Source: Laetmonice hystrix (Eukaryota). Taken from it: a stretch of DNA of 64,000 nt. Below the pieces are notes generated by a model. It had not been told where the DNA came from. It searched no databases and saw only the letters and a list, made by a program, of their open reading frames with translations. The stretch is from the NCBI GenBank assembly GCA_965235115.1, contig OZ249436.1, positions 47,742,001 through 47,806,000 of the forward strand, given 5' to 3'. A program made the translations under genes and the position numbers. This document shows, piece after piece, positions 54,101 through 64,000 of the stretch. Each line of letters starts with the position of its first letter. Within the stretch, counting starts at the first letter, position 1.

Positions 54101-57100
54101 TCGGGTGTGTCTGAAGGATCGGGCTCAGGTGTGTCTGAAGGGTCGGGCTCGGGTGTGTCTGAAGGGTCGGGCTCAGGTGTGTCTGAAGGGTGGGGCTCGG
54201 AGCTGTCTGAAGGGTTGGGCTCAGGTGTGTCTGAAGGGTTGGGCTCAGGTGTGTCTGGAGGGTGGGGCTCGGGTGTGTCTGAAGGGTTGGGCTCAGGTGT
54301 GTCTGAAGGGTTGGGCTCAGGTGTGTCTGGAATGTCGGGCTCAGGTGTGTCTAAAGGATCGGGCTCGGAGCTGTCTGAAGGGTGGGGCTCAGGTGTGTCT
54401 GAAGGATCGGGCTCGGAGCTGTCTGAAGGGTCAGGCTCGGGTGTGTCTGAAGGACCGGGCTCGGGTGTGTCTGAAGGGTGGGGCTCGGAGCTGTCTGAAG
54501 GCTGGGGCTCGGAGCTGTGTGAAGGATCGGGCTCGGAGCTGTCTGAATGATCTGGCTCGGGTGTTTCTGCAGGATCTGTCGGATATAACAGTACGGATGA
54601 TAATGAGATGTTGGAGAGGACAGGATGGTAGATAATCACCACACTGTGACCTGAGGAATGAAGTCATGACTTGTCCGGGAACAACTCGAGCGATGAAACC
54701 TGAGGAATGAAGTCATGACTTGTCCGGGAACAACTCGAGCGATGGAACCTGAGGAATGAAGTCATGACTTGTCCGGGAACAACTCGAGCGATGGAACCTG
54801 AGGAATGAAGTCATGACTTGTCCGGGAACAACTCGAGCGATGAAACCTGAGGAATGAAGTCATGACTTGTCCGGGAACAACTCGAGCGATGAAACCTGAG
54901 GAATGAAGTCATGACTTGTCCGGGAACAACTCGAGCGATGAAACCTGAGGAATGAAGTCATGACTTGTCCGGGAACAACTCGAGTGATGAAACCTGAGGA
55001 ATGAAGTCATGACTTGTCCGGGAACAACTCGAGCGATGGAACCTGGAGGAATGAAGTCATGACTTGTCCGGGAACAACTCGAGCGATGGAACCTGAGGAA
55101 TGAAGTCATGACTTGTCCGGGAACAACTCAAGCGATGAAACCTGGAGGAAACTGAATGAAAATGTCTAGCCTCAGGAAACATGGACAGATATGGAAAGGA
55201 GTTTTGATTTTTGAAGTCAGGAACATCTCAACCGGTGTTCGATGTTTAGATTGGATAATATGGAGTCAGCAACACAACAGGGACCATGAGGCCTATGGAG
55301 GATATAGATTCAGCATGAAGATGATAGTATGACATGGTGGTAGTGGTGGGGTGTGGAAGGGTTCAGGGTGGTAGTGGCAGTGGTAGAGTAGACCTAGCCG
55401 GGACAGGGAGAGTCAGAGCGGGGTAGAAGGGATTGTATGTACAAGCTTATCCCGCCTAAAGTCCCGCCTGCTGTTCTACGTACTGTAAACTGTGAAATGA
55501 TCATATGAATATGTATATGATGGAAATTACTGAAAATATCATGTTAACGAGTTAACTAGCTCATTGAGAAATGGGAAAACAGGGAAGTTCAACTTTTGAA
55601 ATTTGCAAAAACAAAAAAATAACCAAGGGGGGAGGTCAAAAGGTTGTTTTTTCTATATACATGTATGAGGTTTCGTCCATGCCAATACAATTATAACTCA
55701 CTCCATAATTGAGATGTGGTCGGTGGGAATAGACCGAGGCCTGAGTTCGGTGACGGTACGTTGATGGCGCCAACACCCTGGAGGATGGCGCCAACACCCC
55801 GGAAGATGGCGCCAACACCCCGGAGGTGGTGGTCCCTAGATCTGGGACAGAGTTGTCACAGCTTATCGACGACTGAGGGGACAACATGTCCACCTCCTCA
55901 CGACTGGAGTCTAAACCAAGGTTCTGACTCGAGTCGAGAGACTTAGCACTTTTACTGAAGTTATCATTATGGTCTGTGTCTATGGCACGGAAAGCACTGC
56001 CACTGGACGCCATGTCGGCGGCCTGGGGTGTCTCTGAAAAAGGAGGTCAATGTATCCATCAACTTCATGTAATCATTAATTAATCATTTAATTACCAAAC
56101 TAATTTACTGTTTGAACTGTCATTGGAGCATACACATAATATTCTTAATAAATTTCCTTTCAAACATATATTTATTATCAATATCATAAGAATCGTGAGG
56201 CCATAAACAGATTATCCTGTTTCAAATTTGTAATGCGCCTAAAACGCGCAGGAAAGGGTGCAATGTTAGAGAAAGTTGTCATGACAACACAAAATGCTCA
56301 GAAATTTCTTCGCTCCTTTTGGATCACCCGAGGCAAATTTATTGAGGATTCTTGAGGTCCTTCGAGAAATGGCACTGACATCTCAACAAGGACAGACAGT
56401 CCTCCACTTGGCAAAGGGGGAAACCAAGTAGTGAACAAAGTGGAGAGGATTATACGTTCAAGTGTAAAGACGTTCAGGATAAGGATCAAAATGTTGACAT
56501 AGCTGTACTCAGGAACATACCTTTTTATATCGGGTGGTCCGTATTGCCAACATGAATGTTGGATTTTGTTTGAACATAAATTGTAATTTTTATCACTCAG
56601 TTTGTTTATTAATTAATAGAAATTTTAATAACTTTTAAGAACAGTATGTCGGCTTACTATTACCACTAATATTATAATTAATATCAGTGACATAATAATT
56701 TAAACACTGAATTTGTTTTACAGAAAGGCAGCTTACTACGAGTTTCGACAATGTTATTGTTACTTTATCACTTATTTCATTATTACTTACAGGATGGTGC
56801 TTACGATATTATACCAAATTATTTACGTATATCTATGACATGTATCAACTCTATCAATAAAGACGTTTACTAAATTCTTTCATGCTACTTAAACCAGCAA
56901 GTGATGTTCTACTTGTGGAAACTGTTGTTAACCTCTCTAAAACAACCAGAGATTTCTCGTAATACGAGAACAAAAGACAGGGAGAAATTGTGGGCTCCAC
57001 CAAGAACGTGTACTGTACTTTAATTTGTTCAATTGAGATATAAAAAATGTTCAATATTAACATGAAAAAAGGAGGAAAGTAGATGAAAAATAAAATCATA

Positions 57101-60100
57101 CAAATCTTGTTTTCTATCTCTCTATATCGATAACCACGCAAATACACAAGGTAGATGCACACACATAATGTATAAGACAGAGGGAAAGGGGATGGTCGTT
57201 GCAAAGGTGAGAATATCTAGGTGTAGCATCCTGTAAGATCAATAATATAATATAAACTTGCAGCTACATTAAATATAAAATGAAGTACAATAGAAATATC
57301 ATCACACAAAAAGAATTCAGAGGATAGCGTAATGCACTCCAAACTTCAGTGTTGTATTTGATGGCTGTTTGGGTAAGGTTCACTAAAATAAAAGGAAGAG
57401 CTAGGTCCTCACGACCCAATGTGTATATAAGCGTATTCATGGACTCGCTTACTGGTCCTTCGTGTCCGTGTATAATGAGAGTAGAATGCTGTATGGAATA
57501 CATGATATCACATCACTCTTTGCTGTAATACTTGACCTTCAATACAATGTTACTTCACATATATCACACATTTATCAGGGATTGCTTCCTGAACTGTTTT
57601 AATCAAGAGTGGTCTTTACCAGTCACCTCGTCTTAAACCCTTACTTTGGAGGCGGGTAGCGGCAAGGGGGCGCGGCAAGAAGTCGGCAGGGGGAGCGGCA
57701 AGGGGGGGCAAGGGGGCGGCAGGAGAGCGGCAGGGAGCGATGGCAGCAGGGGAAGCGGCAAAGGGAGCGGCAAGGGGGGGCGAGGGCGGCAGGGAGGGCA
57801 AGGGGAGCGGCAAAAGGGGTACAAGGGGCAATGGGGACAAGAGGGGGCAAGCGGGGGGAGCAGCCAAATTTTGTAATTACTGGCTCCGGTGAGTGCTACA
57901 GCACAGAACCCTTTTATTCACTTTCATTTATTTTTTTGTTCTGATCAAAGAGAAAGGTTTCAAGTAGAACGCTTACCGCCTGTGCTTCTTGAGCTAACGG
58001 CCCCAAGAGATGGTTTGGTGGAACTTTTACGGCCCAGATCGTCCATGCTTCCTCTAGTGCTGCCACCTGGCGTACTTTTTCTGAACTCTGGAATGAGACA
58101 AACACCGAGATTACTACTTTACCTAAAGTATCCAACACTTTATTTTTTAGTCAAAAATTTAGAAAAAGAAACATTTTATTACATGAAAGCTATCTGTATT
58201 TTAATAGGTAAATTTCTCGAAAATCTACCCAATGCAACCTCTAAAAACTCATCAATGTGCCAACAACGTCCTAAATAGGAACGCTGTAAAATCATCACCA
58301 TGGAGATGGATCATAGGTCCCCATAGTAAAATCTCCAGAATTTTGAGATTAATAATTAGAGATTATTGTTCTTAACCCTAACCCTAACCTCCTCTGTTAC
58401 TATGAGGGAATAAGCTGGAAATGTACTTCGAATTGATAGAATTCCTTCTCACCGGCGTTCGTCCTCATACGTTTTACGGAAGCTTCGTGTGCCGGATCGT
58501 CGTCATCCTCGTCTAAGGACACAGTTTCTAGAAGGTTCCGTGACTGAGGCCTTGAACTGGACTGACGTGGGGACAGACTGTCCTTGGAACCTCGTGGAGA
58601 TCTGTAACCAATAGTAACGCCATCATCACGGAGTTTACCTGCTGTGTGTGGATGTTGTATCCGGATTGCAGAGGACAAGAGGTTCCATTTAGGAGTTGAA
58701 CTGCTTCTCCGCATACATTTTTACATTATGTACCAAGAAATTGTAAAAGTCGTCAGTTAGGTTTGTATTGCCTACTTCTGTGAGGAAAAAACTAACGAAC
58801 AAACACTGTATATCATAACAAATTCTGTTGTTCAATGGTAGTACAGACATATAAACACTTATTGCATATCATGGCAAATTCTGCTGTCGATGGTAGTACA
58901 GACATATAAACACTTATTGCATATCATGGCAAATTCTGCTGTCAATGGTAGTACAGACATATAAACACTTATTGCATATCATGGCAAATTCTGCTGTCGA
59001 TGGTAGTACAGACATATAAACACTTATTGCATATCATGGCAAATTCTGCTGTCGATGGTAGTACAGACATATAAACACTTATTGCATATCATGGCAAATT
59101 CTGCTGTTCGATCAAATATGGCACTTGGTTGAGTGCAATATGAAAATTTATGGCACGATGGTAACTGATATTGCACAACGCGAAGCGGAGTGCAATATCA
59201 GTTTCCGGAGTGCCATAAATTTTCATATTGCACGATACCAAGTGCCATATTTGTTTTATTTTATGACTGCCGCACTTTTCCTGTCTATGCCAGGACCCAT
59301 CGACGACTGCACAGTCAGTTTAACTTTACTCCATAAGACTCATCATCTAGACCTAGGCCTACCGGTATACTGAGCCTCAGTGAGTCAGTACTCACAATTC
59401 TACCAGTAAACCATGAACAAAACCATGACCAATTAACAATCAGTCACCACATAAACTTCTTATGTCGGGAAATTAGATAGGCTACAGGTTCACGACTGCT
59501 TTATCTAACTAGGCCTACAGCTAGCCTAGACTAGAGGCTATACAAGATTCTGAACGCATCCTCGCGTAGTTTCCGCTTTGCTATCATGCGCTGCCCCCCC
59601 CCCCCCCCCCCAGGCTGTTATATTAAACTTACGTTAAGAATGCGTAAGAGCCTATTTGCACGCGGGGTGAAAACACTTGACGGCAATGCAAAAGTAATAT
59701 TGACTGGTCAATATTACCTTTTCCGTGCAATATTAGTTTTTATCTGTGATCACGTGACAGGGAACTGACCAATCAGGACAGGGAAAGTGCGGCAGCCATA
59801 AAATAAAAATACTTATTGCATATCATGACAAATTCTGCTGTCGATGGTAGTTCAGACATATAAACACTTATTGCATATCATGACAAATTCTGCTGTCGAT
59901 GGTAGTACAGACATATAAACACTTATTGCATATCATGACAAATTCTGCTGTCAATGGTTGTACAGACATATAAACACTTATTGCATATCGTGGCAAATTC
60001 TGCTGTCGATGGTAGTTCAGACATATAAACACTTATTGCACATCATGACAAATTCTGCTGTCGATGGTAGTACAGACATATAAACACTTATTGCATATCA

Positions 60101-62207
60101 TGGCAAATTCTGCTGTCGATGGTAGTACAGACATATAAACACTTATTGCATATCATAACAAATTCTGTTGTTCAATGGTAGTACAGACATATAAACACTT
60201 ATTGCATATCATGACAAATTCTGCTGTCGATGGTAGTACAGACATTAACACTTATTGCATATCATGACAAATTCTGCTGTTCAATGGTAGTACAGACATA
60301 TAAACACTTACCGTAATCTTCCGTGTATAAGCCGCGGCCATGTATAAGCCGCACCCCCGTTTTTAGAGCAAAAGTCAGAGAAAAAAAAAATCACGTTTCT
60401 GACGCCAGTCGTAGCAAAGTTGGGCCCCAACCATCAACCCTACAGGCTGAGACGTGTATCAGCTAGGTGTTTCACCAGCTTGGCCATAGTGTGAAAAGTC
60501 GTTGGCCAGACGCCGGTGCCACCATCACCTCCCATTGTTAAACGGGCCGTTGCTTTCACGGGGCATTGAAAACAATAGGACCCACTTTTATTTTGGGAAT
60601 CCACCTCACTGTCTTAGTCAGCAAAGAGTCACACGTAAAACAATGGGTATTAACGGGTTGTGGGCATAAAGCAGGCCAGTTCCCATCAGAAATGCCTGTC
60701 CTTTGTCCCATTCAAATGATGATCTTGCCCAGAATCTTTCTCTGTGAGTCTGTCTATATCTCTCTCTATATGTTTCTTTAAATCTATAACTCTATATATA
60801 TAACATTAATACTTTATTCGCAATACCACCACTAGGGGTGTAATAATAGCGTTGGTGGCGCCACCTAGGGATGACTTGGTCTCCACATAGACGTAGTCTA
60901 GAAGTCTCCAGACGCTTGTGGCCATGTATAAGCCGCACCCCTGATTTATGATTAATTTGAGGAGGAAAAAAGTGCGGCTTATACACGGAAGATTACGGTA
61001 TTGCATATCATGGCAAATTCTGCTGTCGATGGTAGTACAGACATAAACACTTATTGCATATCATGGCAAATTCTGCTGTCAATGGTAGTACAGACATATA
61101 AACACTTATTGCATATCATGACAAATTCTGCTGTCGATGGTAGTACAGACATAAACACTTATTGCATATCATGGCAAATTCTGCTGTCGATGGTAGTACA
61201 GACATAAACACTTATTGCATATCATGGCAAATTCTGCTGTCAATGGTAGTACAGACATATAAACACTTATTGCATATCATGGCAAATTCTGCTGTCGATG
61301 GTAGTACAGACATAAACACTTATTGCATATCATGGCAAATTCTGCTGTTCAATGGTAGTACAGACATATAAACACTTATTGCATATCATGACAAATTCTG
61401 CTGTCAATGGTTGTACAGACATATAAACACTTATTGCATATCGTGACAAATTCTGTTGTTCAATGGTAGTACAGACATATAAACACTTATTTATCGTATT
61501 CATGTCTGAATTAAGAAACCAAAATGACATCTAGACAGTGTATTCTACGTTGCTAATAATATGAAGCGTTGAGCTGACAAAGATTTGTGACTTATCAGAA
61601 TCAGAACTGATGTAACAAGGTCCTGAAGACGAGTTACAGAGGAAACCGGTGACAAGTGTTCAGTAGGATATGACACAAGTATCAGAGGAAATCTGCTGCT
61701 CATCCACAAGTGCACCATACAAGGAATATGTATGTACCCTGACACAAGTGCACCATACAAGGAATATGTACCCTGACACAAGTGCACCAAGGACTATGTA
61801 CCCTGACACACGTGCTATTGAGACGGTGAGACAGATTGTACCTCCCACCTTGGCTCCAGAAGGGGGCGCTGTGTAAATAGATACAGGTCCATCACTCAGA
61901 ATTCTGACTTTTCAACTATTTTTTCAGGAATTTGTCTTCGAACCGGACCCCTGTAGAGGATCGACCAAGACCGCTTAGAACTCTACGTTAGATGGTACCA
62001 TATACTATAGCGCTGTCTGACTTACATCGGGTACGATTCCTGGCTGGCCATTCTCTGGAACTTCTGTAGAGTGAGTTGAAAGTTGTCTGGAGGTTGGACC
62101 GGGTTTGTGGTGCTCCCCGGCTCTTCCTGCTCGATCTTCCGTAGAAACTCCCGCCCGACTGACGGTCTCCGGTCTCTGAGTGCCGGGGACGGCGGGGAGC
62201 GGAGGCC
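24125..62207 (-). CDS. Large multi-exon gene for a long coiled-coil protein with a Ser/acidic low-complexity N-terminal region (unnamed)
   Basis: More than 30 GT-AG exons with E/L/K/Q/R-rich heptad-like sequence, e.g. 24125-24410 (last, stop), 25312-25460, 27100-27226, 27402-27476, 27743-27970, ~28388-28482, ~29756-29935, ~30365-30569, 31942-32106, ~32369-32587, ~35457-35568, ~37583-37757, ~38443-38654, ~38814-38961, ~41173-41319, ~42086-42482, 43682-~43788, ~45246-45433, ~46130-46300, ~47139-47256, 50207-~54575, 55702-~56033, ~58426-58714, ~61997-62207. Phases checked at several junctions. The 5' connectivity above 54.6 kb is unresolved and may involve alternative starts or a second gene. 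Confidence 0.75.
24709..24928. mobile_element. MITE (PIF/Harbinger-like, TAA flanks)
   Basis: aggccgccgcaca...tgtgcggcggcct with TAA on both sides; internal gaacatttgttc palindromes. Confidence 0.75.
24964..25253. mobile_element. Second MITE of the same family
   Basis: ggccgctgcacacgacgaacat...atgttcgtcgtgtgcggcggcc within ttaa flanks; shares internal sequence with 24709-24928. Confidence 0.75.
28540..29408. repeat. 23-bp minisatellite, ~37 copies
   Basis: Unit cgtcagtctgacgtctgacacac; period 23 (28621, 28644 and onward). Confidence 0.95.
30875..31030. mobile_element. Short hAT-like MITE, 5-bp TSD
   Basis: cactggcggatccgga ... tctggatccgcccatg with AGAAG on both flanks. Confidence 0.7.
35567..36730. 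repeat. 89-90-bp tandem repeat, ~13 copies, each containing the exon's 3' splice site
   Basis: gactggaaaccacggacagcaaacattatg... at 35567, 35656, 35746 and onward; minus strand ctgtccgtggtttccag|tc. Confidence 0.95.
39328..40017 (-). CDS. Probable alternative (internal first or cassette) acidic exon of the coiled-coil gene
   Basis: ~230-codon D/E-rich open frame ending at gat|gtaagt (phase 0), compatible with the phase-0 exon starting at 38961. Confidence 0.6.
42790..43700. repeat. 34-bp minisatellite, ~26 copies, each carrying a GTAAGT donor on the gene strand
   Basis: Unit ttcccaaggacagatttaccaaatggacacttac; minus strand ggaa|gtaagtg. Confidence 0.95.
46570..47065. repeat. ~41-bp G-rich minisatellite, ~12 copies
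   Basis: Unit ggggagagttaggtctggggctaggaatggtgcaaactttt. Confidence 0.9.
49135..49822 (+). mobile_element. Tc1/mariner(pogo)-type non-autonomous element, 688 bp, copy 1
   Basis: TIR ccgtaatcttccgtgtataagccgc, TA TSD, internal repeats of tataagccgc; orientation assignment arbitrary. Confidence 0.9.
50207..54575 (-). CDS. Giant (~4.4 kb) low-complexity exon with PEPDPSDT (24-nt) and HRESDNALEDQV (36-nt) coding repeats
   Basis: 1479-aa ORF 50203-54642; donor after 50207; candidate acceptor ttatatccgacag before 54575; both repeat units are multiples of 3. Confidence 0.85.
54650..55142. repeat. 49-bp tandem repeat, ~10 copies
   Basis: Unit ctgaggaatgaagtcatgacttgtccgggaacaactcgagcgatgaaac. Confidence 0.95.
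57645..57865. repeat. G-rich degenerate repeat (gcggcaagggg)
   Basis: More than ten variants of gagcggcaagggg. Confidence 0.75.
59110..59810. mobile_element. Non-autonomous element with long terminal hairpin and subterminal inverted repeats (Helentron/HINE-like)
   Basis: ~140-nt near-perfect palindrome 59113-59253 centred on cgcgaagcg; ~32-bp inverted repeats at 59254-59285 and 59777-59808; no clear TSD. Confidence 0.6.
60311..60998 (-). mobile_element. Tc1/mariner(pogo)-type non-autonomous element, 688 bp, copy 2 (inverted relative to copy 1)
   Basis: Same TIRs and length as 49135-49822; identical spurious ORF translations on the opposite strand; inserted at the TA of cactTAttgca, which is duplicated. 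Confidence 0.92.
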
Positions 62208-62979
62208 TGGAGCGACACGAACATGATAACTCAACACACTTAACTGGGAAATAACACTAGTTACACAGAAAAAAACATAACAATAAACATCCAGATTCCT
62301 TTAACTCGTAAATAACACGCTCACAAATTAACAAATAAAAGAAAAATCCTTCAACTGGGAAACAACAAATAAATACATAAAAAGGAAACTCAAAAAAGGG
62401 GAAGATACTCTATAAGATTGCCACCAAATTTTGTGATGAGAAATAAAGATCTATCACTACATATATAATATTCTAAGTTGCTAACCTGAGTTTTTAAACA
62501 GCCAAAGAACGCAGACACGACGTACGGTATTACCTATGTCAAGAATGTCAGGTTTGACCTTGACTGACCTTGCAATAGGGGGTATACTATAGCGTTTGTA
62601 AATACCCGTTTTGATTGCTCAGCAAATACAACTATTTGTTCTGCATGGATATGAAATCAATATAGCTAAACAGAAAATATTAAACCACATGTCAATCTGA
62701 GTATTTCACAGTTACAGCAGTAGTAACCAGTTAATTATAGGCCCCCACACCGCTCTTAAATCAATATTTAATGTCTGTAGTCCCAGGGTTACTGACTCAA
62801 CCAATACTCGTACTTTAATTAAGACTAACACCCCAATTCTATCCACAGCCAAGCAATGCCAAACCTTCCATGTATTATAACCTCTCTGCTATAAAACTCT
62901 ACATCTCAGGACTGTACTGGATCATCATAATAACCTAATGTTTGCCATTTGTTTAACAATACAAAGTCTTGCGATTTCT

Positions 62980-63180
62980 TTTATGTTACTCTTCCGGGGG
63001 TGTTGGAGGGGGGGGGGCGTACATCACAGATTATGAACCTCATGTTACTGTCCCGGGGGTGTTGGGGTGGGGGTGGGGGGGGGGGGGGTCGTACATCACA
63101 GATTATAAACCTCATGTTACTGTCCCGGAGGTGTTAGGGTGGGGGTGGGGGGTCTTACATCAAAGATTATAAACCTCATA
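62980..63180. repeat. Short tandem repeat, ~3 copies
   Basis: tacatcacagattataaacctcatgttactgtcccgg plus G-run, repeated. Confidence 0.75.
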
Positions 63181-64000
63181 TTGTATTGACGTTACACAAT
63201 CTCAGCGCCCAGTATGTACCTAGTTTTGTTGATTACATCACAACATGAGAGCATGCAGACCGACAGCCAGAGAGTAACATTCCCTGACCCTGATTCCATC
63301 GACCCACGCACTGCCATTCATGTTTAATGATAATTGGTTCTCCTCAACCTCCCCTTGGAGTTCATTCCTGGATGACTTCCTCGGTCCTCCATACATCTAC
63401 TTATTGTTTCCAATCGGGCAAGCTATTCAGGATAGGACAGTATCAAATTTAAAGAAAATAGTTCTGAATAACAAGTATTTTATGGTGTGGGAGACAAAGA
63501 GATGTCGAGGTATGACAAGATTATGGTCGGGCTACCTCCAGTAAAGAAAACCTTGAGCAGGACAGAGCCACACCTAACAACTTTACTACAACACTGCCAT
63601 TAATAGAAGCAGGAACGTTCAACTAGTCTTCGCTCTACGGTTATTATTAGCACAGGATCTATACACAGCGTCCCTCAGGACTCATTATTTCTTAGTACAC
63701 GATCTGCGACATGATTTCATGGCGACTAGATATGTCAAACTTTCTAATTCCCTGATGCAAATTCTAACTGTGTTACACAGTGTAGCATTTGTTACGCAAT
63801 GTTCGGTACATGTTTTCATCGAAATAAACACTGTTAAAAAACATCATCCCAACCAGACCAGGACTGGGGTAAAAATATCTTTACAGCTTAATTCAAAAGG
63901 TATTGTAGGAACAACGGAAGGTGTGAACCTCTAAAAACATTGGCATTGCTCTACCAGAGCCTGAGCTATGCCAGATTTGAAGCAGCAGCCGTTACTCTGA

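Larger units (their letters stand above)
58800..61492. repeat. ~55-bp minisatellite interrupted by two insertions
   Basis: Unit aaacacttattgcatatcatggcaaattctgctgtcgatggtagtacagacatat; interrupted at ~59110-59810 and 60311-60998. Confidence 0.95.

Noticed and set aside
52720..54635. Plus-strand and alternative-frame repetitive ORFs
   Set aside because: Shadows of the coding repeats in the giant minus-strand exon.
57067..57133. Bacterial-like Shine-Dalgarno plus ATG (aaaggaggaaagtagatg)
   Set aside because: The ORF is only 16 codons in AT-rich intron DNA with no other bacterial signal; likely chance.
58372..58392. Telomere-like taaccctaaccctaacc
   Set aside because: Under three units and no telomerase-RNA context.

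Overview
Eukaryotic (animal, probably marine invertebrate) genomic DNA with two intron-rich genes on the minus strand. (1) A complete eukaryotic elongation factor 2 gene (eEF2): 13 coding exons, CDS 21789->8844, about 846 aa, with a TCT/5'TOP-type start at ~21860. (2) A large multi-exon gene (~62.2 kb -> 24125) for a long coiled-coil protein that I cannot name; it includes a ~4.4-kb low-complexity exon and a probable alternative internal exon. The rest is introns and intergenic DNA with many minisatellites and non-autonomous DNA transposons (Tc1/mariner-type TA insertions, a Kolobok-like TTAA insertion, CAG..CTG MITEs with 5-6 bp TSDs, a Helentron-like element). Most notable: tandem repeats that repeatedly multiply real splice donor or acceptor sites of the coiled-coil gene; two equal-length 688-bp MITE copies in inverted orientation around the giant exon; a 2-kb transposon in the probable branch-point region of an eEF2 intron; and an unexplained CpG-rich, hairpin-rich ~770-nt segment in eEF2 intron 4. 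I found no prokaryotic-type systems, tRNA or rRNA genes, or intact transposases. All coordinates and counts were read by hand.
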